Below are positions 24,741 to 37,525 of a DNA stretch of 64,000 bases, piece by piece; the first letter of the stretch is position 1; each line of letters opens with the position of its first letter. The DNA is taken from positions 692,516 through 756,515 of the forward strand of contig JAQGDQ010000060.1 in assembly GCA_030141605.1 (NCBI GenBank). The letters are read 5' to 3'. The notes under the pieces were generated by a model. That model searched no databases and was not told the DNA's origin. It worked only from the letters and a program-made list of their open reading frames with translations. Both the position numbers and the translations under genes were made by a program. The DNA comes from Tubiluchus corallicola (lineage: Eukaryota > Animalia > Priapulida).

Positions 24741-25210
24741 GTAGCTAAAGTAGTTACAGTTTGAATGACTGAATCCACCATGGGTGAAGTAGATGCAGTT
24801 TCAACAATGATATTTGTGTAAATATTAATTGGGAAGAAAAAAAAACGGCAATTTTATCAAGCAAATCTTGTTTGGAGTTTTCCATTTGCCTGTTGAAGTA
24901 ACATTAATGGTAACATTGGTGTGAAACTGAAACCAAACAGTGCACTGGCATTACATTAATTTGTAGCTTTGTCTTTTCACTTTGTGCTGTGAGCCAAACT
25001 CACCATGAAAACACAAACAAACATTCTCCAATGCTTGTGTAGATTTTTTTTTAATGTTCTGGCTTTATTATTAAAGGAAATGCATGAAATGCTCTCACTT
25101 TTGAAACTGTTCGCTTAAGTCATTTTTTATACAATTTTACCGTGCATTAGCCAAATTTTGCAAGGATTGAAGTATAACCTATCAGTGAAACCGCATTAAC
25201 TACAGAGCAG

Positions 25211-25614
25211 TAGAGGTGAGCATCGAACATTCGAATGCGATTCAAATAAGTTTTTTTAATTCAAATTTGATTCGAACCTAAAATTATAAGTTCGAATAAT
25301 TTGGCACTTTGGCCACATACGTTCTGTATCATTAAAAATCTTTGAAACAGCATGCATGGCATGCAATTAGCAGAATTTAGCTGCAGTTTCTGTGCAAAAT
25401 TTTTAACAAACTAATAGTGGCTTACTGCAAAACAAAATAAAGTAATATGCACAATATTTGTAAGACCAATTTTTGCTACTGGTCGAAAACTTCTTCGAAA
25501 ATCTTTCAAACTCGATTCGGATTTGAAGTACTGAAATTTGGTTCGATTTTAATTCGAAAGTCACAAATTTGATTCTGTTCGAATTCATTTTCTGGTAGAG
25601 AATGCTCACCCCTA
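25211..25614. mobile_element. hAT-type MITE with TTCGAA subterminal repeats
   Basis: Termini TAGAGGTGAGCAT / ATGCTCACCCCTA, with many TTCGAA/TTCGAT motifs near both ends. Confidence 0.7.
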
Positions 25615-25853
25615 CCAAGCACAATAATATCAATGAACTCCTCAGAAGAGTTTGTTAAAATAACAAATGTGGAAAGTTAGATTTCTCTTGTCAGAGCGCA
25701 TTTTCCATTGGAACCTCCAACCTGATTAATCGCATGGCATTGGAATAACACACACTGTAGAGCAAAGGAGAGAATCGGGTTGCTTAAGCCACCACACTGT
25801 ACATGTAAAGCCAAACAACCATGAGATTAGATGCGTTAAAATTAAGTTGAGAA

Positions 25854-26294
25854 CAGTGGCAGCTCGTGTATTGGGACTGTGGAATTGCAGCACCCCCTAT
25901 TTTCACTCGATATTATCGATAATATTCAATATAATGAGTTCTCTTGTATGGAACCAGAGCACGTGACGGAACTGTGCAGTTCACAGATCCAGCTCTGTGC
26001 GCCCACAACTGCAGTAAGCTTGTGTCTGTGCACATGCTGAAGATAAGATGCTGCACTCTAGGTAGAAAGAGCACTGTCATTCATTCAGTGTGTGTGCACA
26101 TGTCCAAGATAAGATGGTGCACTCTAGGTAGAGAGAGTACTGTCATTCACTCAGTGTGCGTTGTCAGTTGTCATGCGCTTCAAAACCGTCTACCGGCATA
26201 TTCTTGCATGTGATAATTTTTACACATACTAAAACAATGGCTAAAAATTTTCTGAAGCAGCACCCCCACTAATTTTAGCAATGAGCCGCCACTG
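25854..26294. mobile_element. hAT-type MITE 250 bp downstream of the RBM22 stop
   Basis: TIR CAGTGGCAGCTC / GAGCCGCCACTG with a perfect 8-bp TSD GTTGAGAA. Confidence 0.9.
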
Positions 26295-26543
26295 GTTGAG
26301 AAGGAAAATTGTTTTTTCGTGATACTTTCTTTAGTCATAATAGATTTTAGCATGCTTAAACACAAGACGTGTGTACAAAAACAAACTACAAGAGCTGCTA
26401 TGTATTTTATGACCTTAAGCCAGGCAGTTTAGATTTAAAATTGCAGATCGTTGTCCTGAGTTGAGTAGAAATTGATGAAACAAAACCATGCACATCAATA
26501 ATGATACAATTTTACAACGTATAATTCCACGGCGCTAACTTTG

Positions 26544-29500
26544 CTACCCATCCGGTTGCTCTGACACGGCCGTCGGGTGCGCATCCGTTGCTTTTTCGAT
26601 GCTGCCCATCCGCTGTGGATCCTGACTAGGATAGTGCACAGGCATCATGGGTGGAATGGCGCCAGTGGGAAGGGGCCCAATGGGAATCATTCCAGGTGGC
26701 GGTCTAGTCATGCTGGCCAACCATGGTGGTCTCAATCCTGCAAGACGGAAAATAATTGGTAGTAAAATCAGAATTTCAAGTGTTGCGCAGTGCTGCTCAT
26801 AACACGCATTCTGCGTAGAATGTGATTACACATAAATCATGTAAACCATGCATGAAAATTTTTGCATATTTTAACAACTGTAATGATACACCTAGGTCAC
26901 GATACGATAGACGCCGAGTTAACATTTGCAGACTTTATAAACAAAAACTAGATGAGGTCATTGATAATAAACGCTAAACATATTTTATCAATCAACAGTT
27001 TTAGGATTCCTAAATATTAAAACGACTCGGCAAACTGTTTGATTTTATTCATTATGCTCCAAAATGCTCATTCATACACTCCAAAATGCCTGGAACGGGC
27101 CGCTTCTATTCAAATACACATAAAAACTGTCGGTAATTGACTCAAATAACTACGCATAATTGACTCAATATTCTTCTTTCACCTACTTAAAATAAGATAT
27201 TTGTATGCGCCAAAATAACCTTTCCTACTTTTATGTCATCTTTACTTTCCTTTTGTGCACTATGTATACAGAAACAATCATGTTAAGCACCGTTTTGTTT
27301 GTAAGCAGGTACGTTTATGCACTAATGCGCTAGTGTATCGGTTTTGCTTTGAATCTCTTCGACAGAAAATGAAGCAACTGACTTTGAAGTAATTTTTGTA
27401 ATTTTTGCAAATTATCAGACTTAGAAAAGCCTGTTAAAATTGATTAATTAAAAAATATACTTTTTAATTTATTGCTAATTCACTTACATAAATTAATATT
27501 TTAAAATATTTTTTCTAATTTTTAACTGCATAAAGGAATTTAGGCATTACTTCGTTTCTAAAATTCATTAAAAACCTTTGCAGTGCATAGTAGGCTGATG
27601 ACTCATACTTCTATAGCTGTAATACTACACCTATCGGTTAATAGGTTCATTTGGTTAATTGGGCCAAAACACGTCGGTCCCAAAATGAGTCTATTAAGCG
27701 GCGCCAACTTGTGTAATACGTAGGCTATTGTTTGCATTGTACCAACGGAAAAGCAAAACATATCCATACTTTAAGTTTGAAAGTTGCTTGTGCATTTAAT
27801 GGCTTACTTTTGCCATTTCACAAGTTTATATGCAAACTGCGTAATTAGCATAGCTATTAGCGTTAATTACATTAATTAGCACTAATTAAGTTAATTAGCG
27901 TAATTAGCATAGCGTGCTACAGATTAAAAACGATGCATTCTCAATCACATTGGCTGATAGTGGTGACTGTGTCTAGTCAAATACTGTTCACTGCACTGAC
28001 GATTACATATCTACAGTACACTCTACAGCTGTAGCTAGAATTACCTTGCGATTTGCTAATTATCATGACGCGGAAGCACATTCACGATATGTATATCATA
28101 ATAAAAGCTATCACTGTGCATCGTTGCAAGCCTAGCTTTGTGTTTATAAAGCAAAGATGCATCAAATTTCAAACTAATCATCTCACCTGGCAAAGTTGAA
28201 TTTCAAATTAATCATCTCACCTGGCAAAGATGAATTTCAAACTAATCATCTCACCTGGCAAAGATGAATTTCAAACTAATCATCTCACCTGGCAAAGATG
28301 AATTTCAAACTAATCATCTCACCTGGCGGCATGGGAGGTGGCCGCATTCCCGGATGAGCCAGTGGTGGCAAACCCATTGGTGGCATCAGTGGCACCGCCT
28401 GGTTGAGGTTGAAGAAATTATTCTGTATATCATCAGGTGGTGGCAAAGCTAGGAAAACAAAATAGGTGAACGTGTGAAATGACATAACCTAGAATGCAAA
28501 AGTGTTTTTGCCGTTTCGCAGTAAGAATGAATGTATGTGATGGGTTTGAAACATTTATACTTAGGCAAAGTTTCAATTTAACTACAACACTGTTACATGA
28601 CAAATAAAACAAACTGTGTAACACAGACAGGCTCTCAAGGGGTATACTGATCATGATCATCAGACAGACTCTCACGGGTAGCCTGATCATGATCATCAGA
28701 CAGACAGACTCACGCACAGTCTGATCATGATCATCAGACAAAGATACACTCACGGGCAGTCTGATCATGATCATCAGACAGACTCTCACGGGTAGCCTGA
28801 TCATGATCATCAGACAGACAGACTCACGCACAGTCTGATCATGATCATCAGACAAAGATACACTCACGGGCAGTCTGATCATGATCATCAGACAGACTCT
28901 CACGGGTAGCCTGATCATGATCATCAGACAGACAGACTCACGCACAGTCTGATCATGATCATCAGACAAAGATACACTCACGGGCAGTCTGATCATGATC
29001 ATCAGACAGACTCTCACGGGTAGCCTGATCATGATCATCAGACAGACAGACTCACGCACAGTCTGATCATGATCATCAGACAAAGATACACTCACGGGCA
29101 GTCTGATCATGATCATCAGACAGACTCTCACGGGTAGCCTGATCATGATCATCAGACAGACAGACTCACGCACAGTCTGATCATGATCATCAGACAAAGA
29201 TACACTCACGGGCAGTCTGATCATGATCACCAAAAACAGACTCTCATGGGCAGTCTGATCATGATCATCAGACAGAGATACTCTCACAGACAGTCTGGTC
29301 ATGATCAACAGACAGACAGACTCTCACGGGCAGTCTGATCATGATCATCAGACAGAGATACTCTCATGGGCAGTCTGATTGTGATCATCAGATATTGACA
29401 GCAAGAAGCAAACTAAAACCATGGCTGTAAGGAGAAAACTAAGTTATTAAAAGTTAATATTTTTAAACTTGCCAAACTAAAACTATTTATTCAACTTAAA

Positions 29501-32500
29501 TGCAAAGGTGTATGAAGAACCAATATTGCAAATAAGCATTAGAGGATAAATTATACGTACGTCCAGGTAGCCCGGGAACTGGCTCCAGGTGGTATCCTTC
29601 CTCTCCAACCTTCACCGGTTCTTTACCGGCCTGAGAACGACCCCATTTTATAACCTATTAAATGGATGAAATACATAAGTGAATGATTCTAGGAAATTGA
29701 GGTAAAGGACAGACGGTTTTAACGTTAAATTAGCATAAACTGATTACAGCAATACTAACAGACATAAATATTATTTACGCTGAGAGCATATCAAAATCTA
29801 TTTCAAAATTATTCACGATACATACAATACATACTACATACACTCACATCTTGGTTTGTCGGACCTCTGGACCTCACTTTTAGGGACATTGGAAGAATCG
29901 GACCGTTAAAAAGTCCCCCACACTACAGATACAGTCAGCTGTTTTACGAGCAAGCCGCTAGTTGGTGGACCGTCACTTTGTTTACATCATTACATCGTGT
30001 AAGCAAGCCACATGTAACGACTGTACTTGAAGTGATTGTTTCTACTTATGTTTTAGTGCATAAAAGCAAAGTAAGACGACATAAAAATAGTGAAAGCTTA
30101 TTGGTCACATAAAAGTATCTTATATAAGCATGTGCAGAAAAATATTCTGACAAAATCTGGTCCGTTAAAAGTCCCGCACAATACGGATAGAGTCCGTTAT
30201 TTCGCGAGCTGACCGCTACTTGGCGGGGTGCGACTTTGTATACATCATGTACATCAGTGTAACCACGTGTATATCTCTATGTATAACAATATAGAATCAA
30301 TTAAGAGGAGTTATTTGAGTCAATTGTCGACAGTTTTTATATACATTTGCATAGGAGTGGCAAGTACTAGATGTTTTTGAGACAATTAGGTCATTGATTC
30401 TACATTACCGTGAGGCCAATAAATGGCACCTACTGTATTAGCTTAGTATCAGCAAATTTGAACAGATGTCTCCCTGTTTTTGTGCGGCAAACGGAGACAT
30501 GAGTCTAACAACAAAAACCACAAAACCACCAAAACAAAACAAAAAATGTTTTAAGCAAGTGTAATTACTAATTATACTGTACTTCAGTAACATATCTAAA
30601 GGGGTCATGTTTTAAGAATCAGATATGAAATTTTAAATTATGGAACTGAAACAAATTACAGTCTAAGGATTTTGTAATTTTTTAATTGGTCTGTGTACAA
30701 CTGTAAACTAGTCAAGTAAACTAAACTAAACTATTTAAAAAGGATTAAACATATTTACTATTGTTTAAATTTCATACCAGTCGGCGTCCATTTATTATAA
30801 GCTTATTAAATGTTTTCTCGGCTGCACTTTCAGCTGCTGGTCTAGACGCAAACTGTATGAAGGCACATTGTTGTCGTGGAATTATATTCAAATTTCTTAT
30901 CTCTCCATATTGGTGAAAATTGTCCCTGTAAAAAGTAGCAGAGTTTACATTAAATCAGTACAACATCACTGACGTTGTACTAATAATGTAAATAACACAA
31001 ATGATCACAGATGGTCTAGCACTCATGGTAATGCACCTGTAATCCAAAGATTCCCGATTTAAAACCAAGCCCTATGTTGAGTGTTTTGCATTTCCTTTCT
31101 TTTGGTCAAATTAGATTTAAAAATAATAATGAACGTGAGTTTATTCTTCCTTTAGAAGTACAGTCATTCCCAAAACTTCAAAAGCGCATTGCAATTTTTG
31201 AGTTGTAGAAGGAAAAGCTACATTCTTAACCCTTTCACTACGTAGTTGCTTTTTAACAGGGCCGTATTGGCTTTTGCAAATTTGACAACAACTTCCTGTG
31301 GTGTGTTACTAAAACAGAATCTTGTAAATCAACAGAGTCATTTGTTATTGAACACTAATATTGAATACTAGTTTTATTTATACACATGCACGCACATCCG
31401 CACACACATATATGCACTCATGCACGCACACACACACGCACACCCACACAAATAAGAACATACCCATATTTAGAAGCCAATTTACACACAAGTCATATTA
31501 CTAAATCATAATACGCAATTATTTTATAGGAATGCAGAACAAATGACTAAACACGTTTCACCAACAGTTAGTATCAACAAGCAATTTTGCATGAGAACGT
31601 ACCAAACAGTACAGTATTATGGAATGCATCTGGCTTCAGATGCTGATTGGCTGGTTAGCGTCACTTGTTACGGCGCAACCCCAATCCTACGGCTGTTAAA
31701 CTTTTCTACAATGTTTTTGCATGGCCGTGGCAGTGAAATAAACAGACCTGGGTAACTGTGCTTAGTACTGAGCTCAGGCGACAGTCTACCACCTTCCGTC
31801 ACTTACAAGAAAAATATAGGTAGCAGTGTGCCGCCTTCCGTAGTGAAAGGGTTAAGGGAAATTGCTGATAGAATTCATATCGTTTTATTCACATTAGAGT
31901 ATTCACAAATCTCTAAACTGTACATTCAACATTAAGCTTTTCACGAGAATCATTCAAACGTCACAAAATTTAAATATTTTACGTAGCCGCCTCTGCTTTT
32001 CGTGAACGCTTGTATACATCTCCGCATGTTGTCAATCAAGTTGTGACAGTAATGTACTGTTTAATCTGAAACGCCACAGTTACAATTTTTCTCTATATTT
32101 CAACCAGAAATTCTACACAGCTCAAAATAGGAAAATGCCATTTTCTTTCTCCATCTGTGTGATTGCAAGAACACTCTAAGACATACCGTAACTCTTTCTC
32201 TCCGACTGTGTCTCCAAGTCCTCCTACATATAGCGTAGTGATAGTCCGATCATCCGGTGGCATCAACGCAGGCATTGAAGCCGCACGCCTCATGAGTTTA
32301 TCCGCTACCGGATCGTTTACTCCATAGTATCTGTCTTTGATGTTCTGATCCGCCAATGGATCATCAGGATCTGTAGGTTTTTCATGTCTAAAAAACAAGT
32401 TAAAGACATGGATGTCAGTAGTCCAACAGACTAGATTAGTCCTTATTCTTTAGTAAGTAACTCAACTCAATTCTTGATCATATGATTTTGCCAAATGTTT

Positions 32501-35500
32501 TAACACTATTTCAACCTAAATATCGCTCACAACTTTATAACCCGAGTCTTTAGAATATTAAAAAAAGGTGATCAACATCAATGTGAATAAGTTTAGTAAC
32601 CCGGATGTATATTCTGAGTATATTGCAGTATAGATACGGCAAATAAACTATGTAATTTTAATTTACGTGAAAACACAAAGAGTTCATGTGTTATTTTTGC
32701 CACAGCAGTGCTTATTATTTTTACAAAACAAGTTTGGAGCGATAAGAATTACTCTACCGTGCTTACCTTCACTACAGACAAGGAAAATTTACCTTACATG
32801 TTCAATTAATGGCTGAAGTATGTGTTACAAGAGTAGCTAATACAAAACATAAACAGATGAGTCACCAACGTGGTAGAATATCAAACTTCGGATGGCTATC
32901 ATGTATTTTCACTGATAATTACAAATGCCTAAATCAGATTGGCACGAAACACAGCTTCTCCTCTGGGAATACTTGTTGTATAACAATCATATTTGTGCAT
33001 CTTACCTGTACGGGCATTCCTCGCCACGCTTGCATTCACCTTTCACCCAGAAAGAACAAATGTGTGGCCTGTTTCGCTTATAGTACGGCGTCGTACGTGC
33101 CAACTTGAGTAGCAGGTCACTGTGACCCTTGACTTTACCTACTTCTCCAACGGCGACGGTGCCATCTGTCAGTGCGATCTACAAGAAAAAAATCAATAAA
33201 AATTCACTGCACAGACGCATTTCAGGAAAGTTGTACACAGGCATATACAAGTTAACTAACAATTAACGCCTTTGTTTAAATTAGCTTTAAGAGAGAGTAC
33301 GAGTATACTTCACACACTAAAAGAAATATCATAACCATAATAATCTTAAAAAACTCTTATAGCAAGTATGAAATTCGTCAGACAACACATACATACGTCA
33401 TAATTTATTTTTTAGAAACAGCAAAAAATTATTGTTTACTTTTGATATAATGGAAATCATGAGCATGTAATGTATGCTAATAATTTTTTTGCACGATTTT
33501 TCCCTGCTTGCGAAAAATTATCAAAGTAAGATGCAAGGTGATTTATTTAAGAATTTATAAAGAGTGATACGGATTTAAACAAATACCACAGAAAACTTGG
33601 CAGTGTATAATAAAGACGAATGGAGTGAGTTGACATGGAAGAAAAACAGAGAGCATTAAACTAATCACTAGTAATGACAGTATTTACAAATGACTTATGC
33701 AGCCTATAATTCTCTGAATAACAATATTATCATAATGAACTTCGATTTGCAATACAATAGAGAAGTTTACACGTACTTCCCGCTCTGCATTTTGAGTATA
33801 ATATTCCTTGTTGACATCTGAACGCGGCAAGTCGTCTTTGATCTTGCACTCCTGGTCTCTTACTTGAACTGGCAAACCTGGAGCGAAAAAAAAAACAATT
33901 TAAGACGATGCTGTTCCCGCAATATGAAACAAGTCAGTAACAAATTAGACCTCAGTTAATACGATGATAGCAAATGTCCCGAAATTTGTTATTTACATTA
34001 ACTAATGTTAACTAACTTTACGTTAACTTTGCACTTTTCGTTTAAACCTTATTTATTTATATTGCATTTGTAAAACAGACAACGTCTCATACAGGTATTT
34101 TAACAATACATTTTTCTTTCATTTCTCGTATTCTTAATCCTCTTTGCTAATGATCGAAACTTTCCTTATTTCTGAGTATTTATATATAGTAGAAAATAAA
34201 ATTGTAGGATAATGCTTTTTCACATGTGGTGAATGTCGCCCAAAACTTGCCTATATTTGTTTCAAAATTATGATACGGCAGTTTATTAAAGTATAGTTTG
34301 CAGGTTTGTTTATTTTATGTTGGTTCCTGAGAATATCACGGTCAACTATCACTGTCGTCAGATCTTTCCCAACGAGTTTTTTCCTGCCTTGGACTTTATA
34401 CCAGGCCTATTCATTAAACAGTTACATGGTTGATGATACGATAAGACAGGTTTCCTATGCACATACTTGCACAATGAAACTACAAAAGTAATCATGTAAA
34501 CTTTTTTAAATATTTCGTACAGTCATTTATACAGAGCAAATATTAATTTGCTTACTTCGGAAAGCGGAAATCAGTTTTCGACAAACTTGAAGACAAAATT
34601 TGTGATCGATTATAAGCTATACAGTGTTTATTAAAATACAGCTATTAGCTATACAAATACAGTGTTTTTAATAATTTTAATTCACAGTGATTCCGGGGCC
34701 AAATTTTAGTGTTTCTAGCGGCAGTGTTGCCAGTCTAGAGACAGGAGAATTAGGCCAAAACGTTCAGAAAGTATTGTGCAGAAAGTTCATAACCTGCATA
34801 AATACAATAATAAATAACATCATCATGCTATCACTTAAACAGTATCTTTTACAGCAATTCCGAAATTTTTATTCATCTAGAGCAATACTTACAGGTCTAG
34901 TTTGCTGCCTCTAATACTGAAAATAATTATTGAAAGGCACAGAAGTTGCAGTAAGTTGACAAAGCTATCAATCTACAAGTATACTCTAATGCATCATGTA
35001 ATAAAAAATTGCAAAACTTAAAGGAAGAATCCGCGAGTTCAGACCGATACAACGATTCATGTGTGCTAGCAATGTGTCATCTATAAAAGGTCGGTATTAT
35101 TGACCATTGCCTAATTATGACTTTGGTGTGGAAATTGGCTCTAAACTTGGGAAACGAGCAAAGACTGGATGATAAATAATCACAATATACGTAAATCTTT
35201 CACAAAAACTTTTACATTTTATAATTTGCAACCATTATATTACAAAATTATATAGTAAGCTGACATAAACTTAATCAGGTAGCAAAAACTTCAGTAAAAT
35301 CACTTAGTTGTTAAGTATCAGAAACATAAATTATTACTTACCATATTCTAAATCAAGAAGACAAGTTTGGCAGATATTCTTCAATTTGCAACAAGTCTGA
35401 CAGATTTCAGTTTTCTTAAATCGCATTCGGGCTCCAGGACACCAGCGAAATATAGTGAATGGTCGTGCGCAGATCTTGCATTCCTTTCCAAACTTTTCTT

Positions 35501-37525
35501 TCGTCTGTAAAAAATCGACAGTCGTGGAGATAATTAAAATCAACTCGCATTCCACTAATAACCATACACGATGATAAAGTGTTAGAATCATACATTTACG
35601 ATACGTAGCAATGACGGGTGAAATTAAATTAATGATCTTAGCATTTTATATATTATGACTATAAAAAACGAATACTTTCAATCTGTGTACATACATGAAA
35701 TAAAGCGGCTTAACTTACAAATTTAGTATTTAGGGATGCCCACACTCTATCTCGGACACTAGTTGGAGGAGCTGCACAAGCAGCCAAAGGCTAGAGGGCG
35801 GAGGAGGTCAAGTGACCCAACGGCCATGTGTAGAGGAGTAAACCTTCCAAATCAGGAGTGGAGCCTCGAAGGCGGACCAGTGCAGCATGCTCACTGACTC
35901 CAGCAGCTCCTGCAGCCAACCTGGTGCCAATGTATCACTCCGCTTTCCTTTGGACTACACCAGGGAGGAAGAGAGGGGGTTCCTGTTGTCTGAGCAAGTC
36001 AGGATCTCCATACACCTTGCCCACGTGTACGCCCTGGAGAGGCCACTCCACTGGCTCAAGGATCGGACTGCTCAGCCACAGTCAACGCTGCAGCTCCATC
36101 AATGTGATCAATAACTGACTCCTTTGGCGCACACTGCATTGTCTTCCGAGACAGAAGGATGTCAACAACAACAAGTATTTAGGAAAGCTTATCAAACACA
36201 CAGAAATGGCATTCTTAAAAAGTTGCACAGGGTCTATGACGTTCAAATGTCTAAACGGGGACATTTAGTGAGTATAATAACTGTCTCAAACTTGGTTTTG
36301 TCTGTTTAAATGTTACATAGTTTCTTTCACCTTACTTTTGAAGTGATGTAACAATATTGTCTTTCTTATATGAACGCACACAGAAAAATTACAGATTCTG
36401 TAATTCTAAGTGTTGCACAGTCTGCTGTTTGCACAACAGACTGTTAGAACTGATCATAATACTGAAAGAATAAAGCAAATAATTCAGTTGATCAGTCTAG
36501 CAGCAGCAACTAATTAATGGCACCCGAGAGAGTATTTCAATTTAGATTATACAAATAAAAGTTCTTAGCTATCAGCCCTTCTTAATAAATAGGGACCACT
36601 TACACACACATATAAGTCTGTATATGTATCTATATCGTACAAACAAAATCATTTTGTCGAGCAAGTGCTTAGCAAATTTAATAAACATGACAGCCTGCAA
36701 TTGTAACCAGCATCCATTAACATAAATACAGGTGTTGAAGAAAAATAGATTTGTAAATCAGCAATGAACACCAATCTAATGCATTAAAATCTGAAAACTG
36801 CAGATTCACATGTCGAATTCGTCGTGTTTTTCATGTCCACGCGTATGCTCGAAAAACTAGCATTGAAATTACTGTTGCTAGGCTGACAATGCAGAAAAAC
36901 ACAAGCTTTTCAACAAACCATGACTCAGGACAAAGCTTCATATATGTCTAATACTTACCATGCGAATGTATGGATTATCTCCTAGACATGTCTGGCACAA
37001 GATTGGAAACTCCTAAAAAGTACATTAAAAGCATGTAAGAATAAAATTCTTTTGTGTAAGTAAGTTTCGATGATATAAATAATAGATATAATAAGTTCAA
37101 AAAAGTCAATGAACTTAGACTGAAGTCTATGTAAGGAGGGTTACAATAATTTTGCTGGTCAACAGGATAATTGTAACGATGTATTTATAATCATAATACA
37201 AATAAAAGTTGTTAACTATCAGCCCTTCTTAATAAATAGGGACTGGTAACAAATTCATATCGCGAGGCCGTAATTTATAACCCGTACAAACGTATATTAT
37301 ATAACTGTATATTATCTGACTGTATATCATATTTAGCTACATCATATAAGTCATACAGTGCTCACACGTTGTGAAGAGAAAATATAGACGTTAAACCATG
37401 GATTTTGTTGACACACAGTTGCAAAATGAACTGTTTAGAAAAGAAAGCAAATACGAGATGAGAAAACTTACAGACTCTTCCCAATTTTGTCTATTGTAAG
37501 TATTTGCACCTTTCGACACCGCCAT
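26544..37525 (-). CDS. RBM22: Pre-mRNA-splicing factor RBM22 (Cwc2/Ecm2-like; CCCH zinc finger + RRM + Pro-rich tail), 435 aa; exons 37525-37472, 37012-36959, 35504-35342, 33877-33777, 33178-33006, 32387-32187, 30925-30778, 29654-29561, 28448-28323, 26737-26544
   Basis: The exons total 1308 nt in frame. Motifs: [18 protein letters not shown]|[18 protein letters not shown]|[109 protein letters not shown] and [11 protein letters not shown]. All introns are GT-AG. Confidence 0.97.
26873..28134. mobile_element. Related hAT-type MITE with nested repeat fragments
   Basis: CTGTAATGATACACCTAGGTCACGATACGAT ... GCATCGTTGCAAGCCTA, with interior homologous to 22598-23205. Confidence 0.6.
28151..28327 (-). 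repeat. 34-bp tandem repeat x5 containing the RBM22 exon 9 donor
   Basis: Minus-strand unit GTGAGATGATTAGTTTGAAATTCATCTTTGCCAG. GT dinucleotides lie at 28322, 28288, 28254, 28220 and 28186. Confidence 0.95.
28648..29392. repeat. Higher-order minisatellite (36+38+40 = 114 bp) with near-palindromic core
   Basis: Each monomer starts CTGATCATGATCATCAG. The three monomer types recur in fixed order about 5 times. Confidence 0.95.
29841..30505. mobile_element. MITE family A, copy 2 (inverted, with internal duplication)
   Basis: TA-CACTCACATCTTGGTTTGTC ... GGCAAACGGAGACATGAGTC-TA. The CCGTTAAAAGTCC block occurs twice. Confidence 0.8.
31230..31851. mobile_element. piggyBac-like MITE
   Basis: TTAA-CCCTTTCACTACG ... 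CGTAGTGAAAGGG-TTAA (13-bp perfect TIR, TTAA TSD). Confidence 0.9.
35735..36173 (+). mobile_element. Head-less copy of the same retroelement body (RBM22 intron 2, antisense)
   Basis: Colinear with the reverse complement of 15470-15908 along its whole length. It has the [12 protein letters not shown] remnant, a (CAA)n tail and a 10-bp TSD AGTATTTAGG at 35725-35734 and 36174-36183. Confidence 0.9.

Noticed and set aside
28433-29308. 291-aa ORF, and a hammerhead ribozyme suggested by CTGATGA
   Set aside because: The ORF is the translation of the 114-bp repeat. No GAAA core follows CTGATGA, so it is not a hammerhead.
35733-35830. HDV-like ribozyme at the 5' end of the retroelement body
   Set aside because: By eye I could not build a consistent P1/P2/P3/P1.1 fold despite a GGCTAG J4/2-like word. 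It needs a descriptor search and is not claimed.
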